Source of the DNA: Lytechinus pictus
Lineage: Eukaryota
Direction of reading: 5' to 3'
DNA length: 64,000 bases
Assembly: GCF_037042905.1 (NCBI RefSeq)
Contig: NC_087246.1
Coordinates: 6,016,001-6,080,000, forward strand
In this document: positions 54,401 to 64,000 of the stretch, in pieces
Numbering within the stretch: the first letter of the stretch is position 1
Layout of the letters: the number at the start of each line of letters is the position of its first letter
Notes under the pieces: model-generated
What the model was told of the DNA's origin: nothing
Seen by the model: only the letters and a program-made list of their open reading frames with translations
Databases searched by the model: none
Translations under genes and position numbers: made by a program

Positions 54401-57400
54401 CTATATGGAAATCCATCCATGTCATAATTTTGTCTTCAGGCAATATGTGCAATGTCCTTTGTAGAGGAGCATACTAAATTGCAAAGTAAACAATGCATAT
54501 TAAAATTTTATCCAGAAAACATTTTGAACAAACATGCATTTTCAAAGTTGACAATGTTGGCTTTCCATAGTTGTGATTGATTGGATCAATCACAACTCTT
54601 TGTAAGATGAGGCCCAGGACTACATGTTTCCCTGTCTCTCCTCTAAATGAAAATCCCTTGTTCAGTCATGCTTTAAATGAGAGCATCTAGTTTTATCATT
54701 TTAGGAAGAAATCTATGTGCAGTGTCCTTTGTAGAGGAGCATACTAAATTGCGAAGTAAACAATGCATATGAAAATACATGATATCTAGAAAACATTTTG
54801 AACAAACATGCATTTTCAATGTTGACAATGTTGGCTTTCCATAGTTGTGATTGATTGGATCAATCACAACTCTTTGTAAGATGAGGCCCAGGACTACATG
54901 TTTCCCTGTCTCTCCTCTAAATGAAAATCCCTTGTTCAGTCATGCTTTAAATGAGAGCATCTAGTTTTATCATTTTAGGAAGAAATCTATGTGCAGTGTC
55001 CTTTGTAGAGGAGCATACTAAATTGCGAAGTAAACAATGCATATGAAAATACATGATATCTAGAAAACATTTTGAACAAACATGCATTTTCAATGTTGAC
55101 AATGTTGGCTTTCCATAGTTGTGATTGATTGGATCAATCACAACTCTTTGTAAGATGAGGCCCAGGACTACATGTTTCCCTGTCTCTCCTCTAAATGAAA
55201 ATCCCTTGTTCAGTCATGCTTTAAATGAGAGCATCTAATTTTATCATTTTAGGAAGAAATCTATGTGCAGTGTCTTTTGTAGAGGAGCATACTAAATTGC
55301 GAAGTAAACAATGCATATGAAAATACATGATATCTAGAAAACATTTTGAACAAACATGCATTTTCAATGTTGACAATGTTGGCTTTCCATAGTTGTGATT
55401 GATTGGATCAATCACAACTCTTTGTAAGATGAGGCCCAGGACTACATGTTTCCCTGTCTCTCCTCTAAATGAAAATCCCTTGTTCAGTCATGCTTTAAAT
55501 GAGAGCATCTAGTTTTATCATTTTAGGAAGAAATCTAAGATTTTTTAAATCATAAATCATTCATGTTGTCATATGTGTTCATCATTTTAAAGTAATAAAA
55601 TAATTAAATAATTGAATTTCAGCTGTGTTGATGCAAGCAAGGCCTTGGCTCTAGAAGGAGTACAAGCATATATATGTCACAAGGATATACCTGGTGATAA
55701 GTATATCCGTGATGGTTTTGAGCTGTTTGCAGCAGAGGAGGTGAGATTTAGTTGTATCGGGAGGGGCATGCAGGGGTCATTTATCTGTTGGTAGAGTAAA
55801 ACATGACTTCATAAACAACTGGAACATGAATTTTAAATGTATGAGCTAGATGGTTTTCTTAATATTTTCCTATCATATGACTTTTTGACTAGAAATTAGC
55901 AGCTGTATTTTATTAAAACTTAGTAACCAACTTGTTAAATGAAGGAAAGAAACTTATTCTCGCATAGGTAGGGTTTATTTACATTATTACAAGGTTTGTT
56001 GATATTTGAATAACGTAAGAACTCCAACTTTGTTTTGTGATAGGTTCACTGTGTTGGGCAGGTCATTGGTGCTATTGTTGCTACCTCAAATCGTCTTGCC
56101 AACAATGCAGCCAAACTGGTTGAAATCCAGTATGAAGACCTCCATCCACGCATTTTGACCATCCAGGTGAGATGTCATGAGATTAACATTTGTACACTGT
56201 GCATTTCAAAACTAAATTCCATGTTTGAAAGACTTCCTTTACTTTAATTACACTTTGGGGGTTGTTTATTTTTTTTTAAATAAGCAGTCAAAGTTATTAA
56301 ATATTTTGTATATGTTGTATTTGTTAAATTAGTAAGCTTCTCATTTAGTAGTTCTTGATTTAAAGCCTGTTTATGGTAATGGTATTCAAGTAATATCCTT
56401 ACATTCAAGTCCAAATTAATCACATGTTAAACAAAAAAGTAGACTTCATTCTTAATCTATTTCAAAGTTGCATGGTTCAAGTCAACCATTTTGTGTGAAC
56501 ATAGTATTTATGAAATAAAAGGTATATGGAAGTTCATATCCATCAAAGATAATTAAATTTGGACCAAATTCAAGACATACTAATACTAATCTAATGACTT
56601 GAGTGTAAGGTTGATGACTTGGTCCCCAGTCCTGAGATATTCTTTGAATCCACACCACAGGATGCAATCAAAGAGGATTCTTTCTTCAAGGGTCCTGATA
56701 TAGACTCTGAGTTCAACTATGGTGACCTGGAGGAGAGTTTCAAACAATCTGATAGGATCCTTGAAGGAACCTTTGATGTTGGTGGACAGGAACACTTCTA
56801 CATGGAAACTCAGACATGTGTAGTTCGACCTGGAGAAGATGATGAAATGACTATCCATGCCTCCTCCCAGGCTCTTACAAATGTACAGGTAATCAAACTA
56901 TTTAAACTCAATTATCTCGTCAGATATCATGATGTGAAAGCGAACGAATGATAATCTGATGAGTCATGCTTTCAATTTTTCAACCCATTTAGATTCTGTT
57001 GTAAATGAACAAAATTGAATATATATGTGTGTGTGTACTTTATAATTCATTAATTGAATAAGAAATGAGAGTAATGTAAAGATAAACCTCATAATTAAAT
57101 CCAAATTATCAATGGGAAAGGCTAGATTAAATGAATATTGACAATGATAATTGGGGATAAAAAATATCATTGGGGGACAGATTTCTCAATAAATCGTGAT
57201 GTGAGATGCTGTCAGCATGATATTTAATTACTCTCTACCCTAATTTAGCTAATATTCACAATTCTTATGAACATAGTTTTGAAAATATGCTGTCAAGAGT
57301 AACCTCCTGTAAATATAATTTAACTGTGTACCTGCTTGACAGACCACAAATTATTCAAAATATTTTATTTTATGTATAAATCCAATACTTATTTCATTAA

Positions 57401-60400
57401 ATTACTGGGCATCACATTTTGGTCTCAATAGATATGCAAGTCTCAATGAGTCCTTGAACAATGTGGAAGTAGGTTCTTGCGTTACTTACAAATATGTTGT
57501 GAAAAATATTAAGGGGAGCTGAATTAGCCCTCCCCCTCCAGGTCTTTTTTTTTTTGTTAAATGTGGAGTAAAAGCTTAAATGGCACCTCTCAAACTGAGG
57601 CATGTTGGAGTATCTTTTGACATTTTGTTTCCTGAAAAGGTTGGGGTAGCCAGAGTTCTTGGTGTTCCTCGTAACCGAATTGCAGTTCAGAGCAAGAGGA
57701 TTGGGGGATCATTTGGAGGAAAAGAGGAAATCCTCTCACACTTTGCAGCATGTGCTGTAGCTGCCAAAATGTGAGTGATTTGTTGTGTGTGCTATATATT
57801 CCGAGTTCAAGAGGATTTAATGCTATGTTATGGTATTTAGCTTGAATAAATATTCTCAATCCTGAAAATTTTGTATTAACAGAACTAGTTTTATGAGAAA
57901 GAGAAGTGAGAGGTACATGCCACTCACATCATACAAAACCACAATAGGAATAATCATGTGTAGATCACTACACTCAAATCTTACATGGGGTACATGTATG
58001 AGTTCAATTCTTGGGCAATTGTTTTCAACTTTTCATACGCCTCTGTAAGTTTTATTACCCCCCCCCCCTCTTTCCAAGTAAACATTCCTTACCTATTTGT
58101 TTTGCTGGAAAAATCAGAGTTTATGTGTAGGATATATAATTGGTGTAACAAAGATAAAGCAAAGTGCATTGATGGCACTATTCCCAAAACAGGGCAAATG
58201 TCCTCAGCTATGTCTTTATAGGCATGTAGAACTGTTCCAGTGATACTTTGTGTATATAATCTTTATTATAATATGTTAGCATGGATCCTCATCAAATGAT
58301 TGGATGATATGTATATTGTGACCATTTATTTAGTTTAGCTAACTGTCAAATTTGAAAATGATAACAAGATCTATTGACCAGTCATGATTTTGAGCTGAGG
58401 ATGGTTTATCAGATAGCCAGGATCCACATCAATGTCTTATAAAACATACAAGCATTATAATAATTACCTGCACCTATTACCACTGATCCTGTCCAAACAC
58501 CCTTGGCTATGCATCGGGCATGGTATAACTGTTCCAAAGGCATGTTAAGAAATTTTCACTTGTGTCATTGATGATGTATATTATATGTAAAGTAATCTGA
58601 TCTCAATATTTGGCAAGACACAAATAAATTTAGGTGTTTTGCCAAAGTGAGTAAAAAACATTAATACAAATCTGCACTGGTGTGAATGAGAAAAACAACA
58701 AAGTAATACAATATCCCGATACACTGAGATATGCCATTGATAATATTCATTCTGACTTTTGTATATTTATTCCATTTACAGGTTGGGTCGGTCTACACGT
58801 ATCCGTTTAGATCGTACAACAGATATGCTGATGTCTGGTGGAAGGCATCCATTACATGCAAAGTACCGTGTTGGTTTCCGTAATGATGGGCGTATCCTTG
58901 CTGTCGATGCTGATCTGTACTTTGATGGAGGCTTCCTTAATGATGCCACTGCGTGGGTAATGTACTCAAAACAACTCCATTCTTCTTGTTCACTTTGAAA
59001 GGGTCTTATTTATACTCAACATTCATTCCCCCAAAGTGATTTTACTAACTTGCTAGTCATGATAATTCCCATACCATGTATTTTGTATGGTCTTACACAG
59101 CGTATTTATTCAGATCAACGATGTTGGACTTAGGTAAATTATTTCATTTGAAAAAAACAAACATTTTATAGTATTTGTTGCATTGACATGAACTCATCAT
59201 TGACAATAACCCATCATTTCTTGTTATGTACATTACCGAACAAGTTTCCCATTTTCATCTACTTTCTTGAACTGGATTCCCTTAAACCAGTTTAGAAGAT
59301 CGCTTGGCCTAGCATTCTTATCTCCATCTCCTGAACTGGTTTCAAAGTCACTTCACGTAAAGCGATCTTGTTGCTATGGCAAAGCTCTCAATGGGGTCAC
59401 ATGTTTCACACGATATTTGAAACCGCAGCATAGGCATTCTATACACAATGGCCTGTATTCTGAAGTTGGGTTTAATTTAACCTCTGGTTTAAAGTTGTGG
59501 CTTAACTATGGAAAGCCAATAGCATAAATCTCTAACAGTATGATTTCAATCAGCTCCTTTTTCTTTCAAATCATTCTTAACTGTTTTGGATGGATAGATA
59601 AATAAGCTTTCTTCACCATTCTCGAGCTAGGAAAGAGCACAGTAAACATAAGAAACATCCAATGTCAGGAAAATTTTGACATTTTTGGCTGTCTATAATT
59701 TTAGCACAGAGTTAGACCATGGTCTAAATTAAACCTGACTTCAGAATACGGGCCAGTGTGTGTGTAGTGCACCAAACATACACCCAGTCTTGTACTTCTG
59801 TGCAAACATCGCTTCGCGAAGAACGGTTGTGTCCTCTGCTTCACTTAAACCAGTTGAACTAGGCAAAGCGATATTGAAAACCACTTCGTAAGGTGGTTTC
59901 AAACTGGTTTGGAAGACCGCTGAAGATCGCTGCCAAGGTCGCTTTGAGTGTTCCCATTACACATTAACTGGTTTCTATTATTGTAGTTTAAGCAAGTATA
60001 TGAGAATTGGGGCTTATGCTTATGTAGGATCTGCACATTATGATGATAGTTGTAATATGTTAATGTAGACAAAGCTTGTGTCAACTAATAGTAACTGTCA
60101 CAATTTTTTATACTTTCAGGTAATGCGGCAAGCAACGCTTGTGTTTGAGAGTTTTTACAGCTTTACTGGTTTCCGTGTGAAAGGTCACTGCTGTCGTACA
60201 AACCTGCCTTCTAACACTGCTATGAGAGGATTTGGTTGCCCTCAGTCCTTAGCTGTCACTGAACACATCTTGTCTGAAGTAGCCATAGCCACAGGTGTCT
60301 CACCAAGAATGGTGAGTGATTTTGTTATTTAATTGTTTAATATCAAGTAGTGTCTTCCAGGAGACAGATGATTATATATTTTTTTTCATATTGGCAATCA

Positions 60401-63400
60401 TTGTTCACTATGCTTACATGGTAGTTTTATAGTTGGCTATATCACCTTTTACAATTATCTAGCTGCCTTTAGCTTTACAATGCAAAAAGCTAAGAGTTAA
60501 TAATTATTTTCTTGTGATTTTAAGGTACATGAACTGAACTTCAAACCTGATGGAGCATCAGTGATAGAGGGTGCTAACCCAATGGAAATGGATATCTTCA
60601 GAGAATGTTGGGATACCTGTCTCCGACTGAGTGACTATGATACAAGGATGAATGCTGTGGAGCAATTCAACAGGTGATTAAAAACTTATCGATTGTTGGC
60701 CTCTGTGATTTGGATTAAATTTGAAAAAAAAACTGATCATATAGCTTTGAAATGATAATGAATTTGTCATAATTGATCAACAATAGCCTACAAGTGTATG
60801 AATCATTTTATAAGAATTTCAGGGGGAGGTTGAAAGGCCACTATACACCATACGATCCCTATTTTCCCTATTCATATTGTACATAATAGAGTGAACAGGG
60901 ATCTATGGCAGCCATTTTGAATATTAAGAAAATAAATATTTTGTCAAAAATAATTTTTTAAAGAGTACTTCACTCCTGCCACACAATGTCATGCATTTTA
61001 TAGCCAATATTAAGATTTTCATGGGTAATTTGTATATACTGGTGGCCATATTGGATTTTGCCATTTAGCGGAAAAAAAATGCTCAAGGTTACACGAGTGG
61101 TATCATTCAGATTTGTAATAATTTTCTATGGGACCTAGTGTGGACTAGAGTCCTGATTTCTGAATTGTCATATGAATACTTAATTGAAAATTTATGGCTA
61201 TTTCATTTTATTCATAGTTGTAAAAGCGAATTCAGTTTAAAATCAAATGATGATTATTAGCTATGATTTTTTGCCAACTTGGCAATGAATGTGATTTAAA
61301 ATGCCTTGCAATTATTGAAAATTTTGATATAGTTATCCTGAACCTCAAATAATATTCTATATGTGTATAATTATTCAATTCAGAATGCTGTTTCCAGCTC
61401 TGCCACGTCTGAATGATTTTCAAGTGAAAAACTTAAGATATTCAACATCTCTCTGATTCATGCATTGATTTATTTCAATGGATTGTACATAATCGAGAAA
61501 AAAATCTCCATCCTTCCTCAATAAATTCTCTCTGAAATGTGAATATTTTAGTTGGCATCTCTTTGTTTCTACTTCAATCAGTTCTTATACAAGTTGTAAG
61601 GTGTGTGATGGCCTAGAATAACAAGAAACAAGGTTTGAATATTGGGTTCATACCTCTGACACATACAAGCTGGGAGAATTTCCCAGCAATCCCTCAAAAC
61701 ATTTACCTGGCAATAGTTAGCATCTTATTGGGGTTTGGAAGAAACGGCAATAATTTTCCTTGCTAACCAGCCTTCCCCCCTCCTATATCCTAGTAAGGGT
61801 CAATGATATTTCTAGCAAGTTTCCTTTAGGACTGATTCTTTATTTACTTCATACATGTATATTTCCTTGTTTCTATTTATATCAGGATGAATACCTGGAA
61901 GAAACGAGGTCTGTCTATCATCCCAACCAAACATGGCATCGGAATATTTGGTATGCCTGCCCTCAATCAGGTAGAATATGGATTTGCTTTCTTTATGAAC
62001 TGGCATGATTACAATAGACTTCTGGGAGCATTCTATAATATAAATTTTTTGGTTGTTTTATCTTACACAGTCTGTTTTTCCATAGTAACAATGGTAACAT
62101 GTGAGATCTGGCAAGTTGTTGAACAAAATATATTGATGAAATGTGTTGCATTGCATAAACTTCACGATAGTAATTGTTGGATGTTTTACACAACATTTAC
62201 TATGTGTAACAGTCAGACACCTGTCTCTCAGCCAATCAAATCCATGGAAAGTTGCGAGATATGCCAACTTTTCAGAAGACAGATGCAGATGAAACACTCC
62301 GAAAATGGAAATGGCCATACAATTACCATGTTTGTGAGTTTAATGTAAGGGGGGTGGGCGCAGTTAAGTAACGAGAGAATAGGGGAAGGTGGTACTCATT
62401 ATTTGGTGATCATTCACACCAGTTTTATGACCAAATATATCTGTTCTAAAGAAAAAAATAATAAAAGACACATGACATACAGGTCTACCGTCTAGGCAAG
62501 GAAATCATTTTGATTTTTAGGGGCTATTTTTGTTCACATAGGAGTAATTGCTGTTTTTTTTGTGCAGAATTAGCATTTATACGGTCAATTCAATATCATT
62601 CTGCCATACATGTATGTAGAATATTGATTTTCTAAATGTAGTTGAATATTGTTTATGGAAGATATAGGAATGACTGCAGTAGTTTTGCCCCAAAACATTT
62701 TATTTTGGACAGTTTTAGGGGCAATTTTGGCGGTGATGAGGGCCAAATCATCCATCGCCTACTTGTAATTCCTCCAGGAGTTAGTTATATAATGTCTGGA
62801 GAAAAAATGGAGTATTTGGTATTAAATCGTAAATTGAAAAAAGGTACAACAATAGTTATATAGAATCATCTTCTAAATAAAGTTCTTGTTTTTTTTATAT
62901 AATTAAGTAGAAATTTACAATTCCTAAAATAATTGTCATTATTGATTTCATAGGGAGGAGCTCTGGTTCACATTTATACTGATGGTTCTGTGTTGATCAA
63001 CCATGGTGGTATTGAGATGGGACAGGGACTCTATACTAAAATTGTTCAGGTATGTAGCAATAACAATCGTTTGTCACAAGAGGCGTGGCTGTCTATATCC
63101 ATCTTACCTAGTTTTGTTGACTCCTAGAACTAATGAATAGTCATATTTTTAAATTACATTCATGTAGATGAATGTTCAAGGGTGAACTACAGAGACCTGA
63201 GTTTGAAATGGTAAAAACTCTTTTGGGGAGGAGGGGGAGTACATATTTATGGAAAAATGAATGTTCAAATTTCTAATGCATAAGTCCCATTTTGTGCATA
63301 TCAATGTAAAAAAAAATTAGTGTCGGTAATGTTGTCAATATTTTCTAGTGATTCTTTTCTACTGTCTGGTTTAACTCCACATAAACAAGCAACCTCCTTG

Positions 63401-63662
63401 AATATCTTGGATCTTGTTAGGAATATCCATGGTAATTTGATTAATATGAATTAATATCACCATCACGATCCCAATTTACCTGTACATGAAGCACTGCGCA
63501 TTGACTATACTATTTTGATGTTTTGATGATTAGGTTGCAAGTACAACCTTGGACATCCCTGTAAGTAAGATTCATACTAGTGATACTGCTTTAGACAAGG
63601 TTCCAAATACAACAACCACAGGTGGAAGCATTGGTACTGATTTACAAGGTAGTGCTGTAAAG
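27415..63662 (+). CDS. XDH: Xanthine dehydrogenase/aldehyde oxidase-family molybdo-flavoenzyme, spliced gene, 3' end beyond the window (exact paralog unresolved)
   Basis: 26 exons, 3267 nt = 1089 codons, no stops. Motifs: [13 protein letters not shown]; 2Fe-2[34 protein letters not shown] region [13 protein letters not shown]; Moco region [40 protein letters not shown]. Confidence 0.97.
27557..27617. mobile_element. 61-bp palindromic mini-element with 9-bp TSD
   Basis: gtaggcatc repeated at 27548-27556 and 27618-27626; perfect 17-bp stem around a GAA loop. Confidence 0.75.
27780..30235 (+). mobile_element. 5'-truncated, decayed CR1/L2-type non-LTR retrotransposon (ORF2 reverse transcriptase) in XDH intron 1
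   Basis: RT motifs [50 protein letters not shown]. Frameshift at a GTGAATT repeat near 28997-29017 and a stop near 29232. 3' end AATAAA followed by a (TGAACT)n-like tail. Confidence 0.93.
30382..30836. mobile_element. Same MITE family (copy 2, inverted relative to copy 1)
   Basis: Same TIRs; perfect 8-bp TSD aggtttcc at 30374-30381 and 30837-30844. Confidence 0.92.
31700..31757 (+). CDS. XDH: XDH/AOX-like exon 2 ([19 protein letters not shown])
   Basis: cag| acceptor; U12-type donor |GTATCCTTT. Confidence 0.93.
32454..32742 (+). mobile_element. tRNA-derived SINE
   Basis: A box TGGCCCAGTGG, B box GGTTCAAATCC, body with AATGGGTACC, (TAT)n tail. Confidence 0.85.
32996..33697. mobile_element. 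MITE with GGGGTGGTATTC / GAATACCGCCCC termini
   Basis: Terminal inverted repeats; inverted TTTGTCATAAAT subterminal motifs. Confidence 0.7.
34190..35345 (+). repeat. Degenerate tandem array related to the GGTCAAAGGTCA-type repeat family
   Basis: Recurring TACAAATGATCCTTGGGT and GAGGTCAAAGGTCA units; related piece near 40050-40280. Confidence 0.65.
34243..34742. mobile_element. TTAA-flanked MITE (Kolobok-like) inserted in an older tandem-repeat element
   Basis: ttaa|aggggaagttcaccctga ... tcagggtgaacttcccct|ttaa, near-perfect long arms. Confidence 0.9.
35395..35995. repeat. About 600-bp repeat, inverted partner at 40866-41070 plus 41790-42045
   Basis: Colinear reverse-complement similarity over both halves; the partner is interrupted by a SINE and a transposon. 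Confidence 0.85.
37157..37253 (+). CDS. XDH: XDH/AOX-like exon 3 ([22 protein letters not shown]...)
   Basis: U12 branch site TTCCTTAAC upstream of cag|; donor |gtaaga. Confidence 0.95.
37360..37632 (-). mobile_element. tRNA-derived SINE
   Basis: Minus strand: TGGCTCAGTTGG A box, GGTTCAAACCCC B box, non-tRNA body GTCAGACCAAAAGACGTTAAAAGATGG, AATAAA near the tail. Confidence 0.82.
37949..38092. mobile_element. Small palindromic MITE (GGGGCCC.TTTCATAA termini)
   Basis: Inverted termini and inverted internal arms. Confidence 0.72.
38154..38262 (+). CDS. XDH: XDH/AOX-like exon 4 ([26 protein letters not shown]...VVQ)
   Basis: cag|...|gtaatt. Confidence 0.96.
38490..38596. repeat. GA/GACA purine-rich simple repeat
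   Basis: Direct inspection. Confidence 0.7.
38736..38924 (+). CDS. XDH: XDH/AOX-like exon 5 ([17 protein letters not shown]...[21 protein letters not shown])
   Basis: tag|...|gtaagt. Confidence 0.97.
39699..39764 (+). CDS. XDH: XDH/AOX-like exon 6 ([10 protein letters not shown]... linker)
   Basis: cag|...|gtgagt, CC linker motif, 66 nt. Confidence 0.85.
41085..41310 (-). mobile_element. SINE 3' part, head interrupted by a DNA transposon
   Basis: Shares AATGGGTACC.GGTAGGA with the 32454 SINE; GCGCTATATAAATGC..(ATT)n tail. Confidence 0.65.
41324..41763. mobile_element. Non-autonomous DNA transposon with CAG..CTGCCAAC TIRs and 6-bp TSD
   Basis: ggttta|cagacctgccaacc ... ggttggcaggactg|ggttta. 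Confidence 0.85.
45127..45198 (+). CDS. XDH: XDH/AOX-like exon 7 (…[17 protein letters not shown])
   Basis: tag|...|gtatgc. Confidence 0.95.
45604..45745 (+). CDS. XDH: XDH/AOX-like exon 8 ([13 protein letters not shown]...LAMGNTVM)
   Basis: aag|...|gtaggt. Confidence 0.9.
46331..46575 (+). CDS. XDH: XDH/AOX-like exon 9 (…[10 protein letters not shown])
   Basis: cag|...|gtgagt. Confidence 0.95.
46629..46945. mobile_element. MITE with CAGTGGCGTACCTA-type termini, 8-bp TSD (hAT-like)
   Basis: ctcctcat|cactagcgtaccta ... taggtacgccactg|ctcttcat. Confidence 0.82.
47655..47751 (+). CDS. XDH: XDH/AOX-like exon 10 ([15 protein letters not shown]...)
   Basis: tag|...|gtataa. Confidence 0.92.
48531..48640 (+). 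CDS. XDH: XDH/AOX-like exon 11 ([36 protein letters not shown])
   Basis: cag|...|gtgagt. Confidence 0.93.
49040..49224 (+). CDS. XDH: XDH/AOX-like exon 12 ([16 protein letters not shown]...ALIG)
   Basis: cag|...|gtaagg. Confidence 0.93.
49367..51130 (+). mobile_element. Nested Helentron/HINE-like (pearl/Tsp-type) non-autonomous elements with internal tandem arrays of about 160 bp; inner element about 50123-51016
   Basis: Each has a 5' TTTTGTCTC(A/G)C(C)TGCAT box with a short hairpin and GGC microsatellite, tandem units, and a 3' ATGCAGG(T/C)GAGAC...CCA(C/T)TTGTT box (subterminal inverted repeat). Confidence 0.8.
51561..51726 (+). CDS. XDH: XDH/AOX-like exon 13 ([10 protein letters not shown]...EYRKS...DNNQ)
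   Basis: tag|...|gtcagc. Confidence 0.92.
52593..52688 (+). CDS. XDH: XDH/AOX-like exon 14 (ALTGPFSQG...STQIYQ)
   Basis: tag|...|gtattg. Confidence 0.88.
52800..53000 (+). mobile_element. Fragment resembling the Deu/Nin-domain SINE core
   Basis: AAGAACCCACTGCACTATTTGTACAAGAGTAGGGGGAAACCCG resembles the recalled DeuSINE central domain; no head visible. Confidence 0.45.
53423..53540 (+). CDS. XDH: XDH/AOX-like exon 15 ([18 protein letters not shown]...[11 protein letters not shown])
   Basis: cag|...|gtaaaa. Confidence 0.95.
54033..54084 (+). CDS. XDH: XDH/AOX-like exon 16 ([16 protein letters not shown])
   Basis: cag|...|gtaagt. Confidence 0.95.
54351..54617. mobile_element. Palindromic MITE (CTGGGCCCCATC...GATGAGGCCCAG)
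   Basis: About 40-bp imperfect TIRs. Confidence 0.75.
54444..55536. repeat. Tandem duplication, 4 copies of a 270-274-bp unit
   Basis: Units start at 54444, 54714, 54988, 55262; copies 2-4 are nearly identical. Confidence 0.95.
55623..55740 (+). CDS. XDH: XDH/AOX-like exon 17 ([13 protein letters not shown]...LFAAEE)
   Basis: cag|...|gtgaga. Confidence 0.95.
56044..56166 (+). CDS. XDH: XDH/AOX-like exon 18 ([13 protein letters not shown]...ILTIQ)
   Basis: tag|...|gtgaga. Confidence 0.95.
56661..56888 (+). CDS. XDH: XDH/AOX-like exon 19 (DAIKEDSFF...[11 protein letters not shown]...SSQALTNVQ)
   Basis: cag|...|gtaatc. Confidence 0.97.
57640..57770 (+). CDS. XDH: XDH/AOX-like exon 20 (…[12 protein letters not shown]…)
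   Basis: aag|...|gtgagt. Confidence 0.96.
58782..58956 (+). CDS. XDH: XDH/AOX-like exon 21 (…[10 protein letters not shown]…DATAW)
   Basis: cag|...|gtaatg. Confidence 0.96.
59450..59754. mobile_element. MITE (GGCC.GTATTCTGAAGT termini) inside an older palindromic repeat (about 59280-59990)
   Basis: ggcctgtattctgaagt ... acttcagaatacgggcc. Confidence 0.78.
60120..60311 (+). CDS. XDH: XDH/AOX-like exon 22 (VMRQATL…[16 protein letters not shown]…)
   Basis: cag|...|gtgagt. Confidence 0.96.
60525..60673 (+). CDS. XDH: XDH/AOX-like exon 23 (VHELNF…ECWDTCL…AVEQFN)
   Basis: aag|...|gtgatt. Confidence 0.94.
61886..61970 (+). CDS. XDH: XDH/AOX-like exon 24 ([28 protein letters not shown])
   Basis: cag|...|gtagaa. 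Confidence 0.95.
62954..63049 (+). CDS. XDH: XDH/AOX-like exon 25 ([32 protein letters not shown])
   Basis: tag|...|gtatgt. Confidence 0.97.
63534..63662 (+). CDS. XDH: XDH/AOX-like exon 26 (VASTTLDIP…[21 protein letters not shown])
   Basis: tag|...|gtaatg; gene continues past the window. Confidence 0.96.
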
Positions 63663-64000
63663 GTAATGTAGTTCTCTTCCTTTCATTTATTCATCAGCTC
63701 CCATTTAAAATAGGGAGTTTCATTTTTAAAAACAATCAACATTCCTGTATGTTCAAACCCCATTTGTCTCCATTCTAACTTCATTTAAAGAATGATCATC
63801 AATAAGATTTTAGACCATTACAACTTTCATATGAACTAAAAAACGTAAACAGATCATTTCAGGGAGTACCTAGCTAATAAACGGGGTCAGACGTTCATAC
63901 TTTTTGGAGTTGCCCAAATTTTAAAGCAGGTGTGGCTGAGACGTACAGTGTAAAAAGTTTACATGTTCGTTTTGTTTGTCTGAAAAAACATGGAAAGTTT

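Noticed and set aside
54673..55415. Three identical 64-aa minus-strand ORFs, or a CRISPR-like array
   Set aside because: By-product of the 274-bp tandem duplication; non-ATG starts, no unique spacers, eukaryotic intron

Overview
Eukaryotic, AT-rich, intron- and repeat-rich animal DNA. The repeat landscape suggests a marine invertebrate, probably a sea urchin (inference, not verified). Two spliced protein-coding genes lie head to head. (1) Minus strand: complete VMP1/TMEM49, 12 core coding exons at 15688-5972. A previously unannotated-looking upstream exon (22316-22230) splices in frame to the first core exon and completes a textbook 35-aa SAP domain, predicting a 452-aa SAP-VMP1 fusion isoform. 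A probable SAP-less 414-aa isoform would come from a proximal promoter. (2) Plus strand: a xanthine dehydrogenase/aldehyde oxidase-family molybdo-flavoenzyme, 26 exons at 27415-63662, 1089 codons in frame, running off the window. It has a U12 (minor spliceosome) intron 2 and an active site that matches neither classical XDH nor vertebrate AOX. Introns and intergenic DNA hold decayed CR1/L2-type LINEs, tRNA-derived SINEs, many MITEs (TTAA, 5-, 6-, 8- and 9-bp target duplications), nested Helentron-like tandem-repeat elements and a recent 274-bp tandem duplication. Exon boundaries were read by hand from GT-AG sites and checked for phase continuity; no database searches were run.
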